Sequence record: PP885688.1
Direction: 5' to 3' (one strand)
DNA length: 64,000 nucleotides
Numbering within the stretch: position 1 is the first letter of the stretch; each line of letters opens with the position of its first letter. The notes under the pieces are model-generated. The model was not told the origin of the DNA. It did not search any database and saw only the letters and a list, made by a program, of their open reading frames with translations. Of the stretch, positions 27,918-35,807 are shown one piece after another. A program made the translations under genes and the position numbers.

Positions 27918-28616
27918 CTAAGCAACATTTTTCGCGAGCGCAGCAGCCTGCTTGTGGCCGGGAGCGAACCCGACACCACGATCAGGCACGATGGTGCCGC
28001 AGCAGCACTTGCACAAACGCGGCTCCGCGTCCTGCTGAGCAGCTTCCCCAGCAATGACAACAGCCAGAGCCTTACGCGCACGGTAGAGCACGAGCCGGGC
28101 GTTGGCCTCGGTCGTATCAAGCAGCTCCGCCATCGCCTCGAACGAGGTTCCGGCGAGGTGAAGGTTCAGCGCGATACGGAACCGGCCTTCCAGCTTCCCG
28201 ATCGCGTTGTGCACCGTCCGGTGGGCGAGGTTCTGCTCAGCCTTCCGGTCCTCGTAGCCGACGTCGATAGCCTTCCGGATCTGCCCGGTCGAGTTGGTGA
28301 CCATCCGATCGATCGAGTCGACCACCACCTCACGCTCGGTCTTCGTGTCCCGCCGGAACGACTGCGCGGTGTTCTTCGCAATCACAACCGTCCAGGTGCT
28401 GAAGCTCGAATCACCGGCGAAGCTGTCCAACTTACGGAAAGCCTTCACCAGCGTCTCCTGAATGATGTCGTCAATGTCGTCGACGGGCACCAACCGGTAA
28501 AGCTGACGAGTCAAGATGGGCGTGACGTACTCGCAGAGCTGCGTGATTGCAGTCTGGTCGCCCGTGCGGGCGGCTTCAACAAGTACGTTCTGTTCTTCCT
28601 TCGTGAGCCGGATCAT
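27918..28616 (-). CDS. ECF-type RNA polymerase sigma factor
   Basis: Region 2 (GDQTAITQL..DDIIQETLVKAFRKLDSF.GDSSFSTW) and region 4 HTH (SFEAMAELLDTTEANARLVLYRARKAL). Confidence 0.85.
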   Translation of the reverse strand: MIRLTKEEQNVLVEAARTGDQTAITQLCEYVTPILTRQLYRLVPVDDIDDIIQETLVKAFRKLDSFAGDSSFSTWTVVIAKNTAQSFRRDTKTEREVVVDSIDRMVTNSTGQIRKAIDVGYEDRKAEQNLAHRTVHNAIGKLEGRFRIALNLHLAGTSFEAMAELLDTTEANARLVLYRARKALAVVIAGEAAQQDAEPRLCKCCCGTIVPDRGVGFAPGHKQAAALAKNVA

Positions 28617-28617
28617 C

Positions 28618-29211
28618 TTACCCTCTCGTTCCCATGCTGCCGTTCTGAGACTTCGCGTACATGCGCCAGACGTAGGTGTCGAACTCGCGCACCGTCGCCC
28701 CAGCCTTCTTTGCTTCCGCCACGAAGATCGCCTCCCACTTCGCGTACGACTTACCCGCTGGTGGTGTGGCCTTCGGTGCGTCCTCGTACCCCAGCTTGCG
28801 CAGGTACTTGAGGATGTGAGTGTCAAGCGGCACCACCTCTGCGTCTGGCAGGTAGTACAGCAACGTCATGCGTGCCGTCTTAGGGCCGATCCCATGGACA
28901 CTCTCAAGAGAGGCCACGGAGATGTTGTCCAGGTCGAGCTCCACGACCTGGGTGAATGCCTTGTAGATCCGCCCATACTGCCCGACCCGGTGCTTGGTCA
29001 GCAGCGCCATGAGTGTTCCCTTGGCCATGGCGGAACGCACGCGATCAAACGGACTGGCGTGTCGGCCAAAGTCCTTGAGGAGTGCGTCCAGCTTCTTGCG
29101 CGTCTGCGTTGCTTCTTTGTTAGCTACGCATATGCCAAAGAGGATCCAATCCTCCAGCTGGTGCCGCGTGAGTGACGAGGGGATATTGGTTGGGTTTACA
29201 GTCGAGTCCAT
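28618..29211 (-). CDS. HhH-GPD family DNA glycosylase
   Basis: LESVHGIGPKTA..VPLDTHILKYL; class B core 5 nt before ATG. Confidence 0.75.
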   Translation of the reverse strand: MDSTVNPTNIPSSLTRHQLEDWILFGICVANKEATQTRKKLDALLKDFGRHASPFDRVRSAMAKGTLMALLTKHRVGQYGRIYKAFTQVVELDLDNISVASLESVHGIGPKTARMTLLYYLPDAEVVPLDTHILKYLRKLGYEDAPKATPPAGKSYAKWEAIFVAEAKKAGATVREFDTYVWRMYAKSQNGSMGTRG

Positions 29212-29216
29212 GTGGG

Positions 29217-29250
29217 GTAATACCCATGGAGCCTCTGAAAAAGTGATTAC
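29217..29250 (-). promoter_or_regulatory. class B promoter motif
   Basis: GTAATC-N20-GGTATTAC ahead of glycosylase-sigma operon. Confidence 0.7.
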
Positions 29251-29357
29251 TGATTTCACTTTTAGCCGCTAGTCCCGGGAGGGAGCGGAAGTGCATCGGG
29301 CGGTCAGTCAACATACTCTCTCCTTTCGGGTTGAGTACGGACATTCCGCCCGTACTC

Positions 29358-29681
29358 TTATTGGTCTCTGCGCTTAGCGCTTGTCAGGGCACTGAAGATA
29401 TCGCCCATGGTGGATGCGCCTTTGTTGATGGTGTACGGCGTAACGATCAAGCCGATCAGTACAGTTACGATTCCTGGGAATGCCAGGATCCATATCGACA
29501 GGACCGCTGCATCCTTCACTTGGATCATGTGATGGACGATTGCTCCTAGAACGGACATCGTGAAAACACTGAACAAAAACATAAGAATCCGTGTGCTGGA
29601 GGGTGTACCGTCAGCCTCGCTGAATACTCCCTGAACAAACAATCCCAGCTTCTTTGCTACCTTTTCTACTACGTCGGCCAT
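29358..29681 (-). CDS. small 2-TM membrane protein (holin-like)
   Basis: SSTRILMFL.. and two hydrophobic helices, basic C-terminus. Confidence 0.55.
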   Translation of the reverse strand: MADVVEKVAKKLGLFVQGVFSEADGTPSSTRILMFLFSVFTMSVLGAIVHHMIQVKDAAVLSIWILAFPGIVTVLIGLIVTPYTINKGASTMGDIFSALTSAKRRDQ

Positions 29682-29720
29682 GGTGACCCTCCTACAGAGG
29701 GCCCCGAAGTCCGGTTTGGG

Positions 29721-30245
29721 CTATCCGTCGAGTCCGTACTCCTGAACCAGCTGAATGATCCGTTTCAGGATGCGACGCTTACGGGTACTTGCGACCGTGT
29801 TGTCCGGGCTGACATGGAACTCCAGTCCGATCGGGGCGATGCACATGTGGTACTCGTCCTCCTCAAACACCCACGTTTCGGGTGATATGAGTCCGGCCTG
29901 GTACCGTCTCCTGGCAGCCTTGACCCGTTCTTCCTTCAGAGCCTTGAGCAGGGTCGTGCCCGCATACGTCTCCACAGCACGCTTGGCGAGCTCGCTGGGA
30001 TCCCGGAGGATCTTACGGTCGACGACGTGTCCTGTGGTGTTATGCACCATCGCATAGATGTCGAACTGCACACCGTTGACCCTAACCGAGCGGCGACGCT
30101 GGTTGGAGTTGGGCTGTTTGAACTCAGCTCCCAGTTGTACGGTGTACACCCCAGACAGTTCAGGCTCGTTCGGGTCAACATGCTCGACCTTCATGGCCGG
30201 ACCGTACGTGCCAACTGCGATGGTAGGTTTCTTCTTTGCTGCCAT
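29721..30245 (-). CDS. hypothetical protein
   Basis: 174 aa, GGAG RBS, class A motif at 30289-30319. Confidence 0.65.
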   Translation of the reverse strand: MAAKKKPTIAVGTYGPAMKVEHVDPNEPELSGVYTVQLGAEFKQPNSNQRRRSVRVNGVQFDIYAMVHNTTGHVVDRKILRDPSELAKRAVETYAGTTLLKALKEERVKAARRRYQAGLISPETWVFEEDEYHMCIAPIGLEFHVSPDNTVASTRKRRILKRIIQLVQEYGLDG

Positions 30246-30332
30246 GCGTATTATCTCCCAGGTCTTTTGAAAAAGCTTCCCTTTTCTGCAACCTACAAAC
30301 CTGGGGGGCCCAAAGATGAATATCGGTAGAAA

Positions 30333-30608
30333 TTAGTTGGAAGATGCAGCGGTGCGAGCCGTTTCCCGTAGGTCTCGATTCATCTGGTCGCAGATCGACT
30401 GGGTGTACTGGATCGATGCTGGCTTGGTGACGTAGACCGTACCCTGGTCGTCGGTCTGCCCGAGAGGAGTGTTGATGTCGAGCGCGACAACGTAGCCAGA
30501 GCTCGTCGAGGTCACGTAAAAGTAGCCCAGGGCGTGCCGGGTGGTTGGGCCGCAACCGGCGAGAAGTGTTGCAGCGGCGAGAACGGCGATCGAGAAAATT
30601 CGTTTCAT
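30333..30608 (-). CDS. putative lipoprotein
   Basis: MKRIFSIAVLAAATLLAGC lipobox. Confidence 0.7.
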   Translation of the reverse strand: MKRIFSIAVLAAATLLAGCGPTTRHALGYFYVTSTSSGYVVALDINTPLGQTDDQGTVYVTKPASIQYTQSICDQMNRDLRETARTAASSN

Positions 30609-30717
30609 AAATCCCTCACAAAAAGTTGGGGGCGTCACGGTCTTCACCGGGACGCCGCCTCCACCATCAAACTATTGAGGGGACCGAGTCGCGTCGGCTA
30701 CCCCCTCGGGTATTCAG

Positions 30718-31101
30718 CTACGCGTTCAAGCTTGTGAGCAAAGTGCGGGACTTCTCCGCGATCGCTTTGTGCGACGGCGTCAAGGGGCCAGGGCGGCCTT
30801 CGGTCGCATGCTCAAGGGCCTCAGTGGTGGCCAACAGCATCTTGCGGAGATCGCGGTTCGAGCGCATGTGCTTGCCGATGCGGACGTCAGCTTCGAAAGG
30901 AAGCAGGTTCTTGCGGCCACGGCGGACGGGCGCTGTGAGTAGGCCTACGATGGCGGCGTCACCTTCGTTACGCAGAGTGAGCGAGATCGTCTTGGTGATT
31001 GGCTCACGCTTGGAGTTGATGGCACTCGTGCGCGTCCGGCGGATTCCGGTGGTGCTACGGGTGGCGAGTTTCGTGCTGCGGCTTGCTAAAGTGTTTGACA
31101 T
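30718..31101 (-). CDS. basic hypothetical protein
   Basis: Start MSNTLASR; class B motif at 31118. Confidence 0.6.
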   Translation of the reverse strand: MSNTLASRSTKLATRSTTGIRRTRTSAINSKREPITKTISLTLRNEGDAAIVGLLTAPVRRGRKNLLPFEADVRIGKHMRSNRDLRKMLLATTEALEHATEGRPGPLTPSHKAIAEKSRTLLTSLNA

Positions 31102-31153
31102 TTCTAACCCTCGAAACCTAATACCCAAAAAAGAGTCATGAGGTCGATTATTG

Positions 31154-31193
31154 AAAAAAGAAAATTTGCCCGGCCTGTTGAGCGCCGGGCAAA
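31154..31193 (-). terminator. terminator after NAMPT gene
   Basis: TTTGCCCGGC/GCCGGGCAAA stem plus T tract. Confidence 0.75.
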
Positions 31194-31195
31194 CA

Positions 31196-32596
31196 CTATG
31201 CTGCGAGAGCTCTTTGGCGAATTTCTGGCCATGTAAAGCGCTGGGTGATCTCACCGTTCTTGAACACCGTCTCCAACGCATTGTCGGTGTAGAGCGCGTT
31301 CTCCTGAATGAAGCGGAAGCCATACTCGTCCTGCATCACAGCCAGGCGACCACGCTTCGAGCTCTTATTCGGGGAACCCTTCGGATCCTTGAACACGTCG
31401 AACCACTTACCGTCGATGTCCACAGCGCAGGCCTTGATCGCCATGTTCAGCGTGTCGCGGTCGCACTTCTGGTGGATACCGCCACCCTCACCGAGACAGG
31501 CGAGGTTATCGACTGACCAGCGGTTGTGCTCGATCGAGGCCAGCAGAGAGTAGGCGGACTCGTAGTGGATGCCGTCACCCTGCAGCAGGCGGACCTTGGG
31601 GTTGATCACCTTGTAGCCCTTGTCGTTGTACTCGCAGCCAAACTTGTCTGCGAGGATCTCGAAGCCGCGACGTACTACGCCTTCTGGATCACCAGAGTCA
31701 GGCCGGACAACGAAGACACCGTCACGCCTGAGGATCTGGTCGCGGAGGATGCTGCCGTAGATCTCAGAGCAGGCGGCCTCGAAGTCGTAGGAGTCTGACA
31801 CATTGGACACGGGACCCGTGGGGTAGACCGTGAGCATGTTGCGTGCGGCTTCGGCTTCACGCTCGCGTCCCCATGAGGTGACAGTCGAGTGCTCCGACGC
31901 CGGAACGCTGCCGCTGACGGTTCCGTTCTCACCGATTCCACCGTAGTACTCTTCGATGAACTCGTTGGCCGGGTGCGTGTCCGATCCGCTGAAGCTGAGC
32001 AGGTGGGCGGCACCGGCGAGCATCGCCGATTCCTGGGTGGTTGATCCGCGATAGCCGAAGTCCTGCCACATCCAGTCGATGTTGGCCGGAGTGCCGGTGC
32101 GGTTGAGGAAGTCGAGCATCATGACGCGCTTGGCGTACTGCTGTGACGCTACCGTGGTCGGATACCAGTCGAGCAGAATGGTCTCGACGAAGTTGGTGAG
32201 CCAACCCAGCTTTGGATCCGTGTTCTCGACGGTGAGAAGAGGAATGCCGTGGCCGGTGCGTGTGCCTTCTGGCAGAGCCTTGATCAGAAGAGGCAGTCTG
32301 CCGCCATGGGCTTCGAGGAGATGCTCCCAGCCAGCGTCATTCCAGACGCGGGGACCCATGCTCGAGATAATGCGGGCCTTGTTGCGGTCGATGTCTCTGC
32401 GGGTGACGCGGATGCCTTCGAGGTACTCGGTGAGCAGGTACTGCAGACCGAAGGTGATTACGTTGCGATACTTGCCGCCGCGTGCTTCGAAGTAGGACTG
32501 CATGTAGCGCATCCCTGGCGGATACAAGCGCCAGTGGCTGTACTTGTAGGCGTCGGAGCGTCCGACGATCGACGATGACATTTTCGATAGGGCCAT
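31196..32596 (-). CDS. nadV: nicotinamide phosphoribosyltransferase (NAMPT)
   Basis: SDAYKYSH, DFGYRG, VPASEHS, SDSYD, VRPDSGDP, LLQGDG, KDP..K.SKRG. Confidence 0.95.
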   Translation of the reverse strand: MALSKMSSSIVGRSDAYKYSHWRLYPPGMRYMQSYFEARGGKYRNVITFGLQYLLTEYLEGIRVTRRDIDRNKARIISSMGPRVWNDAGWEHLLEAHGGRLPLLIKALPEGTRTGHGIPLLTVENTDPKLGWLTNFVETILLDWYPTTVASQQYAKRVMMLDFLNRTGTPANIDWMWQDFGYRGSTTQESAMLAGAAHLLSFSGSDTHPANEFIEEYYGGIGENGTVSGSVPASEHSTVTSWGREREAEAARNMLTVYPTGPVSNVSDSYDFEAACSEIYGSILRDQILRRDGVFVVRPDSGDPEGVVRRGFEILADKFGCEYNDKGYKVINPKVRLLQGDGIHYESAYSLLASIEHNRWSVDNLACLGEGGGIHQKCDRDTLNMAIKACAVDIDGKWFDVFKDPKGSPNKSSKRGRLAVMQDEYGFRFIQENALYTDNALETVFKNGEITQRFTWPEIRQRALAA

Positions 32597-32613
32597 GGTG
32601 TTCCTCTGCTTTC

Positions 32614-32708
32614 GTGTGCTGTCTTTAGCGGCTTAGGCCGGTTAGTGTGCTGTCGTTAGCGGGTGCCCTCAAGAGCACGTAAAGCGGGATAAGGTGCTCT
32701 TGAGGGCA
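32614..32708. repeat. two 18-nt direct repeats and a perfect 15-bp inverted repeat
   Basis: GTGTGCTGTC(T/G)TTAGCGG at 32614-32631 and 32645-32662; TGCCCTCAAGAGCAC 32664-32678 / GTGCTCTTGAGGGCA 32694-32708. Confidence 0.85.
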
Positions 32709-32713
32709 GGTGG

Positions 32714-33763
32714 TTACTTCTTGTCGGGCTGCGGCCAGGGTTCGGTCGGCTGCCCGCGAGAGGGGAGGGGTGCGCAGGTGTCGGAACCAAACCACGGCTT
32801 GAAGAAGGGGCGGTTGGTTGGCGTTTCGTCTGCCTCGTAGTCGCCGGTGGCCTTGATCTCCTCGATCTTGGTAAGGGCCGCGTGAGCGAGGATGAGGTGG
32901 TTAGGCATGATCTGGTCGAGCGGGATCCCGTCGAACCAGCGGACCTCTTCGAGATCGTCAGAGGCGATCGCAAGCTGATCCTTACCGGCGTTGATCATGA
33001 ATAGTGCGGTCATGATCTTGTCCTTGGCGCTACGGTAGCGGTGATCGTCGATGCGATAGCTGCCGATGTAGGTCGCGTTCACGACGTTGATGCCGGTCTC
33101 TTCATCCACTTCGCGGCAAGCTGCGAACTCTAACGAAGGATCCGTGGGATCTACGAAGCCACCGGGGAAGCGGTAGAGAGTCTCGCCATGCTTGCGACCA
33201 AGAAGGATGCGGACGGGGTCGATGCCTGGCTGAGCCGAGTCAAAGATGGCCATGTCGACGCACTGATAGGAGATAGGGAAGCGCTGCTGGGTGGAGTAGA
33301 TGATGCCAGCGCGGAAGTCTTCAGAAGCGCGGGCGTGCTTGCCGATCTGTGCGCGAACCTCGGTGCCGGAGGGCGCTGCGAGCTCAGGGAGGACAACGGC
33401 GGAGAACTTGCCGGTGTAGTGCTTGATGAACGAGTCGCGTGATCCGTAGAGGACCGGTGTCAGATCTCCGGCTGCGTAGGCGACGCGTGCATCGAGCGCC
33501 TTGCTCCACTCTTCGTCGGAGGCCATGTCCGGAATGTCCATGGTGTAGTTGCCGACGCCGAGCTTCTCGGTGAACATCTGGCGGCGCGTCTCATAGTCCA
33601 GGGGGTTGGTGTCGGTACCACGTGTGACAGAGGTTCCGATCATGATCAGAACCTTCTCGTGCCGTTCTGCTACGCGGTTGATCAGCGAGCGGTGGCCTTC
33701 GTGTAGCTTTGTGACCTGAAAGCGTCCAACGACTACGCCGATCGTCTTTGAATCTCGTGCCAT
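32714..33763 (-). CDS. bifunctional NMN adenylyltransferase / Nudix hydrolase (NadM-Nudix, NatV-like)
   Basis: VVGRFQ..LHEGH, NPL, SGTEVR; Nudix box PGGFVD..REVDEETG. Confidence 0.9.
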   Translation of the reverse strand: MARDSKTIGVVVGRFQVTKLHEGHRSLINRVAERHEKVLIMIGTSVTRGTDTNPLDYETRRQMFTEKLGVGNYTMDIPDMASDEEWSKALDARVAYAAGDLTPVLYGSRDSFIKHYTGKFSAVVLPELAAPSGTEVRAQIGKHARASEDFRAGIIYSTQQRFPISYQCVDMAIFDSAQPGIDPVRILLGRKHGETLYRFPGGFVDPTDPSLEFAACREVDEETGINVVNATYIGSYRIDDHRYRSAKDKIMTALFMINAGKDQLAIASDDLEEVRWFDGIPLDQIMPNHLILAHAALTKIEEIKATGDYEADETPTNRPFFKPWFGSDTCAPLPSRGQPTEPWPQPDKK

Positions 33764-33817
33764 GAATAAGTCCCTCACCGGCTAATACCGTTCCGAGGGG
33801 CGCGAGGGTGATTATTG

Positions 33818-33851
33818 AAAAAGAAAAAGCCCAACTTTTTAGGGTTGGGCT
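33818..33851 (-). terminator. terminator after tmRNA coding piece
   Basis: AGCCCAAC/GTTGGGCT stem plus TTTTCTTTTT. Confidence 0.75.
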
Positions 33852-33859
33852 CCTTCTTG

Positions 33860-34092
33860 GTGTTGAGAAATAAACCCACCGGGTTCAGAGGCCTATTACT
33901 AGGCGGCCATGGCGAAAGCGCGGGTCGAGCTGACGGCAGGCACGAACTTACGTGCGAACGACAGAACCTTTGCAGTACCACGGACAACAGGGCTGTTTTT
34001 GGCAGTTGTTGGTTTATGTGTCCTTTTACGATGGCCACACCGGTCGGCTAGTCACTCTCTCAACTTTTCACCCGTCGAAGCCTGGCGGGCCC
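33860..34092 (-). ncRNA. ssrA: permuted tmRNA, coding piece
   Basis: 5' end GGGCCCGCCAGGCTTCGAC at 34092, pk1-like segment, tag ORF 34003-33899 ending AFAMAA then TAG TAA TAG; 3' end approximate. Confidence 0.85.
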
Positions 34093-34128
34093 ACAATTCA
34101 ACACACGCGGTAATGTTCATGTGCTGAA

Positions 34129-34395
34129 TGGTGGACCCGGCGAGAATCGAACTCGCGTCCGAATGACAAAACAAAGAGCATGTCTTTTCACTAGCTTTAC
34201 CACTCCTCTGTTAAGAGGCGGCGTCTGCGATGATCTGCAGGAATATCAAATTTGAAAGATTCTCAGAGGCTACCTGGGTAGCTTGATGTTGCAGCCCTGA
34301 GTGACTCACCTCCGGGTAGCGTTACTGCGGTCCGGCAGCGTAAATCACTCAGGTACTAATAGGGGATTCGGAAGTCGTTTCTCATCCGTCCCACA
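34129..34395 (-). ncRNA. ssrA: permuted tmRNA, acceptor piece
   Basis: Ends GGACGCGAGTTCGATTCTCGCCGGGTCCACCA at 34129 (T-arm, discriminator A, CCA); pairs with coding-piece 5' end including G3.U70; 5' end inferred from promoter at 34401. Confidence 0.85.
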
Positions 34396-34400
34396 CTTAC

Positions 34401-34434
34401 CTAATACCCAAGTGCGGGGCACTTCACCCATTAT
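34401..34434 (-). promoter_or_regulatory. class B promoter motif for tmRNA
   Basis: ATAATG-N20-GGTATTAG. Confidence 0.65.
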
Positions 34435-34778
34435 TGTTTTCGTAATCCCCAATCACTTGTATCGAGGACGACGACGGTGTCGCTGTTGGTAGGTAGCGGC
34501 TCGACCCCTGCCATGTAGTCGGTGACCACAAGCTTGCCGCGCGGGACCGACTGGTGCGTCCCCAGAACACAGTCCCAGATACCGCCGACGACTTCCTGCT
34601 TGCGCTCCTTCCATGTCGCCTTCCTCCGATAGATGAACGGGTGGAAGTCGATGCGGAAGTGCACGCGGTCAGCGGGGTGCATGTAGATTCGAATCTGGGC
34701 ATCCTTCACAGCCAGTGCGGTGATGTAAGCGACAGCTTCGGCGAGGCGGTGTAGATTTCTTTGCTGCGATTGCGTCAC
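34431..34778 (-). CDS. hypothetical protein
   Basis: 115 aa, AGGAG RBS, class B motif at 34810. Confidence 0.65.
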   Translation of the reverse strand: MTQSQQRNLHRLAEAVAYITALAVKDAQIRIYMHPADRVHFRIDFHPFIYRRKATWKERKQEVVGGIWDCVLGTHQSVPRGKLVVTDYMAGVEPLPTNSDTVVVLDTSDWGLRKQ

Positions 34779-34839
34779 TACTTACTCCTGGGCGCAAGCG
34801 CCACATACCCTAATACCCGTCCTACAGGCGCTTGGGCGA

Positions 34840-35796
34840 TTACTGAGGGGAAGATTCCTGCTTGACGTGCTCAACCAGCCACAGAGGCTTGTCGTAGGTG
34901 CTCTTCTTGTCGCTCTTCGTGATCCGGATATCGACGCCCTCTGCTGGCACCGGTAGCAATGTAACCTGGCCCGGCTTCGTAGGAAGTTGCTCCGGCGTCA
35001 TCCCTGCAAACGCGTAACCACCGATAACCTGATCGTTGGTGAGCAGATTCTGGAAGGTGACGCCAGGAGCGCGGGGAGCGATGCTAGCTTCCTTGACCTC
35101 GACAGGCTCAGCGTCGAAGTCCTTTGAAGTGACTCCGTCGGCGATCTGCTCCACGTCGATGAACATGCTGGCGCTGTCTTCGACCCACTCCACGTTGAGT
35201 CTGCGGCGGACTCGGTCAAACAGTTCGCGGGCCTGGTCATCATCGAGACCATCGATCAGGTCGGCGTTCTCCGGCAGCTTGTTCTCCAAGGCACGGATGA
35301 AGTCATAGTGCGCCCACTCGTTCCAGGCATCGTCGATCGCCTCATGACCAGCCTGGGCGTGGTCGTCAGAGTCCATGGTGGGGTCCTGATCGAGGGCCTT
35401 GAGGTCATCGAGGATCGAGCCTGTGATGGCGCTGATGCGGATCGCGATGCCGAAGGAGCCCTTATCGCCCTTGATCGGGAACACACCTTCGATGTCGGCG
35501 TAGCGCTTGAGGAAGACTCGATAGTTGCTGACCGCTGCCGCATCCTTCTGCAGGTCTGAGCCGGTGAGGCTGTTCGGCAGGAGGAAGGAGCCGGGATCGA
35601 TCTCGCCGCTGCCATTCTCGTTGTGGCGGATGTCGCGGAAGAGCTCGGGCGCTTCCTTGTCGGAGAGGTAGACCTCTTCACGGTGATGGCGGACGTAGTC
35701 CAGCACTTCGGCGGACGCGTCTACAGCGTGAACTTCAACTTCGGGCTCGGCCTGTACAACATCGGCGATGCGGATCAACAGCTTGCTCTTGGACAT
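34840..35796 (-). CDS. acidic hypothetical protein, possibly virion-associated
   Basis: Start moved to MSKSKLLIRIA, GGAG RBS. Confidence 0.7.
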   Translation of the reverse strand: MSKSKLLIRIADVVQAEPEVEVHAVDASAEVLDYVRHHREEVYLSDKEAPELFRDIRHNENGSGEIDPGSFLLPNSLTGSDLQKDAAAVSNYRVFLKRYADIEGVFPIKGDKGSFGIAIRISAITGSILDDLKALDQDPTMDSDDHAQAGHEAIDDAWNEWAHYDFIRALENKLPENADLIDGLDDDQARELFDRVRRRLNVEWVEDSASMFIDVEQIADGVTSKDFDAEPVEVKEASIAPRAPGVTFQNLLTNDQVIGGYAFAGMTPEQLPTKPGQVTLLPVPAEGVDIRITKSDKKSTYDKPLWLVEHVKQESSPQ

Positions 35797-35807
35797 TACG
35801 GTGACTC

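Noticed and set aside
28617-28826. N-terminal extension of the sigma ORF in the track (and similar extensions for recA, 7TM, polyvalent genes)
   Set aside because: Extensions overlap upstream genes; RBS-supported downstream starts fit the domain boundaries
29120-29314. 64-aa ORF MLTDRPMH with strong AAAGGAG RBS
   Set aside because: Overlaps the class B promoter and about 90 nt of the glycosylase, with no motifs; possible but unsupported
34129-34165. tRNA-Ala gene
   Set aside because: Has a T-arm and CCA but no contiguous D/anticodon arms; the 5' half lies downstream with a tag ORF, so it is a permuted tmRNA
33775-34492. Track ORFs overlapping the tmRNA (33775..34038, 33815..34051, 33909..34127, 34301..34492)
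   Set aside because: No RBS or recognisable motifs; they overlap a structured RNA and its terminator
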